From Camelus ferus (taxonomy: Eukaryota), in assembly GCF_009834535.1 (NCBI RefSeq), contig NC_045697.1:48796001-48860000 (forward strand): a DNA stretch of 64,000 bases. Reading direction: 5' to 3'. Each line of letters begins with the position of its first letter. Positions within the stretch are counted from its first letter, which is position 1. The translations under genes and the position numbers were made by a program. This document shows positions 36,898 through 48,300 of the stretch, one piece after another. The notes beneath the pieces were generated by a model. It was not told the origin of the DNA and did not search any database. It was given only the letters and a program-made list of their open reading frames with translations.

Positions 36898-37679
36898 AAG
36901 AACAATCATACTTCATGTTTAAACATGTATTTCTTATCCCAGGCACTTTAACAATATCCACTCCTGAATTCTCACCGCTCCCTTTTTTACAGGTGAGATA
37001 GAAGCACACTAGTTGTTTGTTTTCAGTCACAGCTCAGCATAACACATTTTTAATTTATGGAAGCATAATATGGGGGCATTGACAAAAATATCACACCTAT
37101 GGCCAATGAAAACTGGCAGGACCATCAGGGACATTCCAGAGCAATGACCAGAGTTACAGTCTCTGAGGATCTTATCAGGACCGTTTCTTGATAAGGAGAG
37201 TTATGCACACCTTCTTTGGGTGCAGCTGGCTGGTGAAACCACATGCTGGTAGTGAACAAGAAATAATTATTAAATGTAAAATAGCAAATGGAGCTTCAGC
37301 GGTCAATTGTATCCTAGAAACACATCTCAGTCATGTGAAAACCAAGAGCACCATAGTTCTCTGCCTTCTTTCCCATGGTTTTTATAGTCCAAGGGTAGCA
37401 TAACCAGCCTAAACTCCCACAGCACCCCAGGAAGGACAGTCCGTGTATGGAAGCTACCCTCTGATGCAAGCAGCCTGAGCCTCTTTGTCCTTGGGCCAAT
37501 CCAGCAAGAAGGCAACATTACATATATGTACCATCTAATAGATGCCAGTGCAGGAATAATCAAGGTTTGCAAAAGCAAGCTATATCTTTTCTTAATGTCT
37601 GGACACCAGCATTAATAACAAACATAATAGTGGCAGCAGGGGCCACCCCTCCCAGTGCCGCTCGTGACCAGCCTGCCCC

Positions 37680-37870
37680 TGCCAGGCCCTACACCAAGCA
37701 TTTCCCTCTCATCACCCCTTAACCCTCACAACGGCTCTGTGAGCTGGGTCATATCTCCCCCATTTTACAGATGAGGGTCATCAAGGTGAGTACCCTGTCC
37801 AAAGTGACAGAAGGGACTAAACTTGGTATTCAAACCCAGGACCATTCAACTCCAAAGCTTGAGCTCTTAG
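37680..37870 (-). mobile_element. MIR SINE
   Basis: TAACCCTCACAACGGCTCTGTGAG...CCCCATTTTACAGATGAGG. Confidence 0.8.
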
Positions 37871-38329
37871 CCCATCCAGACGCACACAGGGAGACAGGAA
37901 GAACCCTGCTGCATGCCACTATCAGGACAAAACAAAAAATGCTTTCTCCAAAAGAATGGGAAAGGGTTTGGTTTATATCATTTTACTCCTGAAAGAAAGA
38001 AAGAATAAGGGTGATGAACTAGCTGTCAGCGGTGGGGCATTACTATCTTGTCAAGACTGATTATCCACTGCAGCCTGTTCTGCTGTGCCTGAAAGGGGGA
38101 CGAACAGTTTCCTTTAATATCAGTTGGTCATTCTCTGAAGGGACACAGCTCAAGAGAGAGTGTTTTCCCTCCATCTCGAAAGCAATTATTGAAGCCTTCC
38201 TTTTAATCTTTAACCACAAGGCTTATATAAGGAACTTTTTATTGTTATTCAGCAGTTAACACCTTACTACACTGTATCAAAGTTCCCAGGTTTATCAGTC
38301 TTTGCTGGGAAGCCAGAACCTTCTGCTGA

Positions 38330-39760
38330 GCTGCTGAAATTAAAAACCCAGGAGTCATCCTAATCACCTCCTTCTCCCTCACACAGAGAGCCAGCCTGTC
38401 ATCAAGTCTGCCTGGTCTACCTTCTAGACATCAAAGCCACCACTTCCTCTCCTTCCCCTGCCGGAGCCTTACTGCCAGCCTTCATTATCTCTCACCTGCA
38501 CCAGTGCCCGCTCACTGGTTTCTGTTCCTCTAGACTTTCCATCTTCAAAACCACCCTCCAACATGTAGCCAGGATGGGCTCTCCCAAACAAAAATCTCAT
38601 TTTGCACTGATCTGTTTTTTAAAAAAATTTTTTAAACTATAGTTGATTTACAATGTTTCAAGCATATAGCAAAGTGATTCAGTTTTATACACATATATAA
38701 GATACATAATACAATAACATTACATGTAATAATAGTAAATATTTTATAATAATAATACATATGTAATATAATAATATGTAAGTATTCTTTTCACAGATTC
38801 TTTTCCATTATAGGTTATTATAAGATATTGAATATAGTTTCCTGTGCTATACAGTAGTTCCTTGTTGTTTCTCTATTTTATATATAGTAGTGTGTATATA
38901 TTAATCCCAAACTCTTAATTTATCCCCCTCTTCACTTTTCCGTTTGGTAACCATAGTTTGTTTTCTGTGTCTGCAAGCCTATTTCCAGTTTGCAAATAAG
39001 TTCATTTGTACAACTTTTTTCAGATTCCACATATAAATGATGACATATGATATTTATCTTTCTCTGACTTACTTCACTTAGTATGATAATCTCTAGGTCC
39101 ACCCAAGTTGCTGCAAATGGCATTACTTCATTCACCCCTGCTCCGCCTTTTCAATTCTTCATTAGCTCCTTATCACCATAAGTTTGAACACCTTTTGTTA
39201 CTGGCAAAGCCTCACATATGCCCGCTAGTCAAAAAATACCAAACACATTTAGACAAGGCTACCCGCACCCACCAACCCTGCCCACATGGCACCCCGTGCA
39301 GATTAGACAAAGGCACCTGCTACTCCAGTGGGTGCAGCTGCTCCAGGGAGCAAAGCCTGGGCTGGATTTCAGCTCTGCTCCCACCCCAACTCTGGCCATC
39401 CTTTTTGTAGGTCACAATTGCACAATCAGCCCTGCAACCTGACTTAAGGCTCTCTTCAAGCACCTCTTTGTTTGCTTTGTCTAGAACACCTTTCCTACTA
39501 AATCTCTCTACCTAACTGCTATTCATCCTTCTAAAAATCAAGACAATCCTCCTTCTCCTCCAAGAAGCATTCACCTAGTCAAGGCTACCAGAAAAGCTTT
39601 GCCATAGCATGCCTGCTGTAAATCTTCCTGTCCATCTCCCCCGCCGCTAGACGCTGCATTCTGCGAAAGCAAGGACCCGGTCTCTCTGGTCTGCGAGCCT
39701 ATAAAGCCTAGCCCAGTGGCTGGGAGACTGCAGACCAGTCACAGCTGCATGTCAAACAAA
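38330..39760 (+). mobile_element. L2 fragment interrupted by an L1 (38614-39133)
   Basis: AAAAACCCAGGAGTCATCCTAATCACCTCC...TTATCTCTCACCTG; 3' part TTTGTCTAGAACACC...AGCCTAGCCCAGTGGCTGG. Confidence 0.65.
38614..39133 (-). mobile_element. L1 3' end with AT-rich low-complexity insert
   Basis: Track ORF 38932-39135 (NEVMPFAATWVDLEIIILSEVSQ) is the L1 ORF2 terminus. The 3' UTR matches other copies in the window. Confidence 0.93.
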
Positions 39761-40171
39761 TCACACCTCTTGCTTTCTTGTGTCTTAGTCTTGTCACTGT
39801 GTAAGACCCCCAGCAATGCGGGGATCAGGCCACAGGGAATTGGGAGGGAGGGGAGGAGCCTGCTTCCTCAAATTACAAATCCTGACTCAAATAACAAGCA
39901 GCCAGATCTCACTCAGTAATCATTTCATTCACCTAGGATTGAGAAGAACATATTGGATTTCCACTTCCTGTCCCCTCTGTCAAGTTTGCTAATACATCTG
40001 TCATTGACTGTTTTGTCTTTCACTGGACCTCGCTCTCTTCTCTTTTCTCTTCCTCCCAGACTTGTTCTACTTAACAAGGCCATCCAACTGGATGGGGGCT
40101 GCGCGGGAATCCGTGGCACTCTCTCCTTTCACTGGTGTTTGGGATGTTTTCATAAGAAAGAAGTGAAAATA

Positions 40172-40326
40172 TGTGAGTTTATGTTGTCTCTACTAGATGT
40201 TTAGGATCGTAAATTTTTAAATTCAATTGAAAATCAAGTCATACAATAAAAATAAATTGCTTGATGTATGTCAAACACAGCAGTACATAAAATAAGTTGG
40301 AGAAAATCAAAAAAAAAAAAAAGAAA
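40172..40326 (+). mobile_element. TSD-flanked, poly(A)-tailed 155-bp insert with no recognisable TE body
   Basis: Perfect 18-bp direct repeat AAGAAAGAAGTGAAAATA at 40154-40171 and 40327-40344. A14 at 40309-40322; AATAAA at 40245 and 40251; CATAAA at 40286. Confidence 0.85.
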
Positions 40327-41206
40327 AAGAAAGAAGTGAAAATAAACATTTACAAAAATTAAGTTGGCCATATTTACTGAACCAGAAGCTCAACTTCTTC
40401 TATCTCTTCCTTTCCTGGGATTTTCCTCGTTAGTCCTTCGTGGCTCTCCCGGCTGGCCTGTGCCCGATGGCCACACTGATTTCATTTATGACTTGACTCA
40501 GCTCTCCTACTCACTCCTTCCTCAGATCCCTCACTGATTCCCTCCTGAAACAAATCCGGAATTCTCTTCTCCATTCAAGTCAGGTCAAAGCAGGCAGAGC
40601 CACCAGACTCTAAGCCCCTGTCAGAAGCACTTGTATTTCTGAAATCTAGCTATTCTACCTGTGAAACATGTACTTTTCAACTGGGTGCAGAACCATTTTA
40701 GGAGGGGCTGGGTGGTTTTCATCAGAGGTGCTATCTTCTCCTGCTCACAGCTGCTGTGAGGGAACATAGCGCTGACCAAGCCCATGCTGAAGGAGTGACA
40801 CTGGACCAGCTCTTGGCTACAAGCAGAGCTGTTGAGGTTGTTGCCCACAGTATGGAACTGGGGCCCAGGGGCTGAGTTAATAAGGTGATGAAAGCTTCAG
40901 AGTTGGGAGTACACAAGGCAGAGAAGCCAACGACAGCTGTGTGGTGGGCCAGCGCCACACACAAGTGGATGTGGGAGGAGAGAAACCCAGAAGTTTGGGG
41001 GAATTGCAGCAGACAGGGTTCTGTTCCGGTTGTTGCAAATGACACAAGTGACATTGAACCCACAAAGAAATTTAAGCTGAAATGATAATTTCTTGGAAAG
41101 CCAAGGATGGAGATGGCCTTGGGGATTGAAAACATTGTCAGGTTCCTCCTCATCCTCATCCTACCACGCACCATCTGTTTGGATGTGTGTGTGCGTGTGT
41201 GGTAAG

Positions 41207-41314
41207 GGGGCGGGCGGGGATGCAGAAAACAACCTCAGAGCAGAGGTTTACTTCACCCCACATTAGCCACTTCGAACTAAGAAAGCTCTGCCTTCTCTTA
41301 GACTGTATATAAAA
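41207..41314 (+). promoter_or_regulatory. GC box plus TATA box arrangement (candidate core promoter)
   Basis: GGGGCGGGCGGGG at 41207-41219 and TATATAAAA at 41306-41314. Motif evidence only. Confidence 0.25.
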
Positions 41315-41499
41315 CCTCAGGGGAGGGCTCTGATTTGCCTGGCTTGGACACATGCTTATCTAAGACAGGTCCTTACGACTGTTTACTCAATGGTCACTGT
41401 CCCCTTCTTCCTCACAAATGTAGTCCTGACTCCACTGCAGTATCAGAAGACTATGTGCTCAGGAAGGTGGAACCTTCCACACCCCAAGAGATACATCAT

Positions 41500-41840
41500 T
41501 CTTCACCTACACCAACCACGGTCCTCTGACTCCCCTGCCAGTAACTAGTCTAGGCGTGGGTATAGGACAACCCTAGCTAATGAGGTCTGATCCGAAGGAA
41601 AGTTTGCAGGACAGTTTCTGGAAGTGTTCCTCATTCTGGATAAAATACACCAAACTGGGACTCTTTCCTGTCTTTGGACAAAGTTTTGTGGACACGTGAT
41701 GTCTTGAGTTGAAGCAGCCATCTTCCAATTATGAAGGACAAATCTGGAGATTAAAATCATCATGCTAAGGATGTAAATCGATAAACCTGGAACCTTGGTG
41801 ACATCACTATACCACTGAATCAACTCTGGAACCAGGTCCT
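41500..41840 (+). mobile_element. Old MaLR LTR fragment (MLT1J-like)
   Basis: GTGATGTCTTGAGTTGAAGCAGCCATCTT...CTAAGGATG...ACCTGGAACCTTGGTGACATCACT. Confidence 0.65.
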
Positions 41841-41964
41841 TCAGGAAGCCAGTCTGAGGGAGAGTAATGGGACTTATGTTCGAAGTCGACTGAAACGAGG
41901 GACCTGCACTCTGAGGAGAGAGTGAATTGTTGCCTACCTGCTAAATCATAGAAAGGCCTGTGGT

Positions 41965-42170
41965 TGCTGATCTCTTACTATGTGTCAGGCTCTGTTCCAA
42001 GTGCTTTATATGTATTATCTCATTTAATCTACACAACAACCCAACAAGGTTTACACTTTCATTATTCCCTACTTTTCAGATGGGTAAACAAGGTCCAGAA
42101 ACACTGAGTAATCTATCCAAGGTCACAAACTCAGCAAGGCCAAGGGAATTCACTCGCACTTCTGACACCT
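41965..42170 (-). mobile_element. MIR SINE
   Basis: CTTACTATGTGTCAGGC...TCTCATTTAATCTACACAACAACCC...TTTTCAGATGGGTAAAC. Confidence 0.85.
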
Positions 42171-42344
42171 GACTTATCATTAAGTCAAACTTGGAAGTGT
42201 TCCTGGCTTGCTGTGGTTGGAATCCTCAAGCTTCCCTCCTATCTTTTCAAAGAACCCTCTTTTTATTTGAGGGGTCTGAGTGGGTTTACTTTCATTGCCA
42301 GACTCAGGCTTTCTTTCTCAGCCCCTCAATAAATCTGTGAGTCT

Positions 42345-42763
42345 TGGCATAAAAAAGAATGAAATAATGTCATTTGCAGCAACATGGATGGGCCTAGAGA
42401 TTATCATACTACGTGAAGTAAGTCAGACAGAGAAAGACAAATATCATATGATATCACTTATATGTGGAATCTAAAAACGTGATTTGAATAAACTTATTTA
42501 CAAAACAGAAACAGACTCACAGGCATAGAAAACAAGCATGGTTACCAAAGGGGAAGGAAGGCAGGGATAAATTAGGAGTTTAGGATTTGCAGATACTAAC
42601 TACTGTACACAAAACAGATACTGTATAGCCCAGGGAACTATATTCAATAGCTTATAATAACCTACAATGAAAAAGAATATATATGTATAACTGAATCACT
42701 ATGCTGTATACCTGAAACTAACACAACAGTGTAAATCAACTACACTTCAATGGGAAAAAAAAA
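42345..42763 (+). mobile_element. L1 3' end
   Basis: IKKNEIMSFAATWMGLEIIIL motif plus 3' UTR and poly(A). TSD AAATCTGTGAG(T/C)CT at 42331-42344 and 42764-42777. Confidence 0.95.
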
Positions 42764-43329
42764 AAATCTGTGAGCCTCAGTGCCCACTGTTAAATGCACT
42801 GAGTCCAAATCCCACAGTAAAACCCTCATTTAGTGGAATTCACGTTCCCTGGCTTGCTCCTTCTGCAGCTGTCACGTGGTCAGTGTTTGGGTCTTTTAGG
42901 GGCACGATTTCTAATGTGATATGACTCATTAATTAAAATATTAATAAGCATCTAACAAGAGATGAAGCTGTTGACACTGCCTCATTATATCCTCCCCTCT
43001 AATTTCACCTAGTTTTTAACTTTTCAAAGGTTTTACATGGAGCGATACCCTGCATTCACATATATCTCTGTGGCTCTGTGAGATCAGGAAGGCACTTCTA
43101 TGGCCTTACTACTGTTTATTCATGTCCCACCCTTACTCCCTCACTCATTCAACAAATATTTGAGTATCTGCCATGCCCCAGGCACTGTGCTAGGCACTGG
43201 GTATCACAGAGGGCAGTGAAGTCTAATGATATGCCAGATCACTTTTCCCTCTAAGTCAACAGGAGAGCTACAGCAAATAAATGCAAAAAAAAAAAAAAAG
43301 TTCACCGGACTAGACACAGCAGTTTGTGG

Positions 43330-43545
43330 GTACAACCAAGTAGAAGTTAAAGGCACAGATCCTGCTGGCTGACTGCCTGGGTTCAGATCCCAGCTCTCTC
43401 ACTGGGAGAGTGTAGTTAAGTTACTGAACTGGTGTCTCAATTGTTTAAACTGTTAAATGAGAATTAAAATTGTAGCTTTGTCAGGAGGCTTTCCATGAGA
43501 GCATTTTTATAAATTGTTTAGAGTAGAATACATACAAGTATTTGT
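43330..43545 (+). mobile_element. MIR SINE
   Basis: GACTGCCTGGGTTCAGATCCCAGCTCT...AAGTTACTGAACT. Confidence 0.75.
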
Positions 43546-44857
43546 TCAAAAGGAAGCACAAGCTATAGTCTCTTCTACCCACTGACCATACCTAGGCAAC
43601 TTTGCAGCAAGGAGGATCTTGCAATCTGCAAACGGCAGCACAGCACTGTCGGCGTCAGTGTCAGTGTCGGGAGGACTGGGGCTCCAGGCACAAGGACCAG
43701 GGTCACCACTGCAGGGGGATGACCCATGTGACCATCCCCCTAAGTAAACAGAGCCTCCACATTGGTTGTTTCTTGCTCTCAGAATCCCCAAATTACGATG
43801 CTGCTTAAAGAAAATTTAAGGTGACATCTCCTGCAGAATTTAGTTTTCAATAAGCATATCTCGGAAGAAAGCAGAACCAACCACCAATTTGGAAGAGATA
43901 TGAGAAGCTAAGCTGTCATCTAAATGTTGGATAACCCCTCTGCCCGCCAGTCACCCAGCCTCTGCTGGAACATTCCTACTGATGAGGGTGCACATTTTTA
44001 GTCAGCCTTTTCCTTCATTGATCATCTCTAGTATCATCAAGCCCTTCCTTTTATTGTTCCCAAGTGACTTTTCCTAGTTCCTGAGTAAGGATAACCCCGG
44101 TTCTAAATAATGATCTTCAAATGCTTGGAGATTCCCTGTCTTCTAGTTTCTGAGCTAGTCATGACTTGACATGAATTCTGACCAAAATCCTTCAAGCTCA
44201 AAGAAGGAGACTCAGAGGGGTAGCCACAAAGATCATTTGGAGAGAGGGTTCTTGAAGCGCCCAGGAAAGCCAATCTTGCTTCTGGGCTCTGCAGAGAAAG
44301 AAAAGACATGGATTCTTTGTTTTCATTATATCTGCAGAAGGCCCTTCCCTACCTGGAATCCTGTTGCCTGCAGAATGGATCAAAACTCAAACAAGAGTGT
44401 GTTGCGATAGCATGTGAATTCAGTGAATTCAACAGGACTTTTGGAGCTGAAATTTAAACCAAATGTCTCAAAATACACCTGTCCCTAGAGAGTATGGACT
44501 TAGTACTTTCATTATAGAGAAAATGGTGTAGCTTTAAAGAGGCCAGTTTTTAAAAAGTAAGTTTTCCCCTCTTATGTGTGAAGATACAGAGGTGGGACCT
44601 TCTTAGGCGATAGAATGGAACAGCCAAGGTCAGAGTTTAATTCTCATAAGAACAATCAGCTTTAATCAGAACAGAAGCTCTCTTCTGTAAGCTCACATTG
44701 TTCTATCTTTAAATCCTTAGTAGTGGTAATAATAAACAAATGAACAATACTAGCAATTATAGAAGATTTTTTATGTGGTAGGAACTATGCTAAAAGCTTT
44801 CAGCAAATTATTTCATTTAATCCTTGCAAAAGCTCTTTGAAATACGTTCTCATAGGG

Positions 44858-45340
44858 TTCAGTCAGAGTAAAATTTAAATGCCTTCCCATGGCCCAGAAG
44901 GCCCTGACTTTCTCTGCACTCACCTGGTTCTTCCGCACACATGCCATCTGTCCCCTCTCCAACTCCAGCCCCAGGGCCTTTGCACTCACTGTTCTTTCTA
45001 CTTCCAGCCTCTTCCCCAGCTACCCCAAGGCTTAGTCTCTCACCTCCTTCAAGTTTTAGTCTTCCTTCAAATATCACCTCCTTAGTGGGGCCTTCTCCCA
45101 TTACCCTTTAGAAAATTGTAATATCCCCTCTGCCATCATATTTTCTGCTTTATGTTTTTCCCCAGAAGCTATCATTTTACAACCTGCAACACAACTGACT
45201 TATTTGAGGCTTTGTTATCTGTTTTCCTTGACCTGAATGCATGCAAAGATTTTTGTCTACTTTTGTTCACAACCCTAAACCCAGCATGTAGAAAACAGCT
45301 GGCACGTGGAAGGCACTCCATAAATATTTATTGGTTAAAT
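44858..45340 (+). mobile_element. L2 3' fragment inserted in a MIR
   Basis: CCCCAGGGCCTTTGCACTCACTGTT...TCAAATATCACCTCCTTAG...AGGCACTCCATAAATATTTATTG. MIR-like sequence at ~44720-44857 and 45340-45375. Confidence 0.75.
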
Positions 45341-48300
45341 TTTATCCATGAGACAGTAGGTGCACAGAGATGGTAAGTGGTCATGCTTTTCATAGAAAGA
45401 AAGACTCCATGAGGAGCCCACGTTCCAGAAGTCAAACTTGGAGTATACCTCCTTTACCTGAGACTTGGTGACATTATTTTTGACCATCAGGGCAATACGT
45501 TAGATCTGAATAATACTTCTGAAAAACACTAGCAATCAAAAATGTAAAAAGTATTCTACATTTGTTCTACATTCAAGAATTGTATATGTGTAGGCACAAT
45601 CATTTGTTGGAAAATTTTTTGACTCAACTAGAACATTTTGTTGGATTTGAAGATTTGAGGATATATATTTATATCCTCTTCAGTTCCTTAAAAATGAAAC
45701 TATATTCAAACAGATAAAATTTATATATATTTCTTTTTTTCTCATGAAAGCATTTTCCCAGGGTCATACAAGAGCAAGAATGACAGCTTTTAACACTCAT
45801 TTATAGATGCCACTAAGATTTCAGGATCATTCCCGAGTTCCTTTCATATAATTATATTTCACCTTCCTAATAATGCAGAAATCCAATTCGCAGATGAGGA
45901 ACTATGTTCCAAGAGGATGTGGACCTTCCTAAAATAGCCCAGTCCAGGGTAGAATTTGGAACAGAATATAATTCTTTTGTCTCCCCGCCCAGACCTGTAC
46001 ACACAGCTGCTGGTTAGGCTTCAGGTGTTTATCATTTTACAGAAGCTTCTCTCCTGGGGAAGGAACCCAGTTTTTATTAACGGCTAACATAATCCCCTTT
46101 CAACTGAAAAATTAAAAACTACAAATATTACTTTGCCTCTCTCTTTTTCTAAGTTCTACTCTTACAGAGATTCAAGAGACTGATATCAGAGCACCTACAT
46201 TCTCACAGTAAAATTAGCGTCTCTGTCTGAAGTTCATTTCACTAACTAAACAGCCGGGTTTACAAAGCTCACATTATTACCGAGGAAAAAATGCAGCTGC
46301 GCACAGGATCACTAAGAGCAACAAAATTCCAGGAAAATCTCAAAACTCTGACCACTTTTTTCTTAATCAGAATTTTGCCAATGATTTCTCCACAGCTCTG
46401 GAAACTCGTTTTCCCCTCTACCCTTTTCCATAAAAGAATTCTACCCCAGGGGAAAAAAATTAAGACCTCAAAACCAAGTACAAATTGCTCATTTAAAGAA
46501 CAGGAATTAAGGATGTGGGGGCTTTTCTTCCTTAAAAGCTCATTACTCTGTAGAAAGAATCCGAACCCTGTCCTGATTCTTTCTGGGCAGCGGAGCAGTT
46601 TTGGGTTTTGTGTTAGTTAATTTTAATTAAAAAAAAAAAAAAGGCATCATTCTTGAGAGGCTGTTGCTATGAGACCTTCTGGGCCTCAACAGATGGCCAC
46701 AGAGCAGTTCTCAGCCCCAGCTCGGGCTCTGAAGCCCTCCACTCAGGCATACCATTAACATTCCTGAAATACTTTTGGAGGCAAACGCGGGCCGCCGCCT
46801 TCCGACTAGCTCACCCGCAGCTCCTGGACTGGTCTCCCCCGTCAAGGGGCCTGGGTTGAAATTTGTTATAAATGAACAATCAGGCCTCTCTAAGAAAAGG
46901 CACAGAGGTTGCCATCCTTCTCAGTTTAGGCTTTGGACAAACTTTACCAACACATGCGTGGGGTTTTGAGTCTACCATGCGAGCAGATGGGTGCACATCT
47001 GTGTATAGACACACAAACACACGTGCACACACACTCATGCATACGCACTTCACTCCACATCCAGCTTATTGCATTGTCTGTACGCCTTGGACCCTCTGCC
47101 AGTTACAGGGTGATCCAGGTAAGAGAGCAGCAGACTTTTAGACTGAAGCCTTTTGAGTGCCCAGAGTTGCTGAGGGAGAAGTTTCAGAATTCCTGATTTC
47201 TCTTTTGACAGAAAGACATAAAGGAAAGGCAAAAAGTAAAGTGTATGAGACTTTACTTTCTTACTAACCTCTTGGTACTTTGGACAAATCATTCCACGTC
47301 ATCACCTTTCTCACTCTTCCACACAGGGATAATAATAATACTGACCTATATGCATCAGATAGAGGAATTCATGAACCATGATGAATAAACAACTGTGAAA
47401 GGACTGTGTAAGTATCAGGTCCCAGGACCAGCCTCCACCGCCGCCAGGGCAGAGATATAGGTGGAACGTGGAGATGTGCACTCAGGGTTGAATTGCTGGG
47501 ACCACCACCCCTGGAGGGCTCGTCTTGATTGCTGACCATGGGTTTTGGTGGGAAGGGTCTACTGGTAGCTTTACTGGTCACTAAGGAGCTTTGGAACTTG
47601 GGGAAAAAAAACAAATGATTCTAAACAGCCAAAGTGTTTCAGGGTGGGGCTCATTTAAATTCCATCCCTAGAGTTGTCGTTTCAAAACCAGGCCCAGAGT
47701 GCACAAGCGAAGTCCTACTTAAGTGTCTGACGCCAGTGCTCACTTGATCACTTGACGGGACATCAGAGCAATTCTACCAGTTTCAGTTCACAGACGTCGG
47801 TTAAGAGCTTTCCTCCAAGTGATATCAGATGATACGCCACAAATACCGCACTGCCATCACCATTTGACGTACTTTTTTAATCCAATCTGTCCGAGTAGAA
47901 GCAAAATGACTTGAGACTGCTTAGGTTCCCCTCCTCCAAAATCATCCATTTGTTTTGACGTAAAGCTTCTTTCTAGTCTCCAAAATGCAAACATTATGAT
48001 TGCTGGACGTTTTTTTTTGTTTGTTTAAAAAAAACAAAGCATGTCTTTTAGAGGTTTGGCCTAACAAGATGTGCCAACTTTTCTCTATTAAGCAGGGACA
48101 TTTTAATGAAGCCATCTATGGAGTTGGGGGAAGATGAGGAAGCCACTTCTTTTTCCATTTGTCTAGGGCTGCGGACCCCCAGCTTGCTAGACCCAGTCCC
48201 TATGGCCACAGCACATCCAGCAAAGGGAGGTTTTGCTCAGTGGCTCCGCGTCTGAGCTCACAGCGCCCCCACCCCCACACTCAGAAAAGTATAGGGTAAA

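Noticed and set aside
40731..41174. 147-aa hydrophobic minus-strand ORF
   Set aside because: GTG start, no recognisable family and no convincing splice boundaries.
43250..43310. A15 tract as another orphan insertion
   Set aside because: The flanking similarity (AAGTCAACAGGA vs AAGTTCACCGGA) is too weak to call a TSD.
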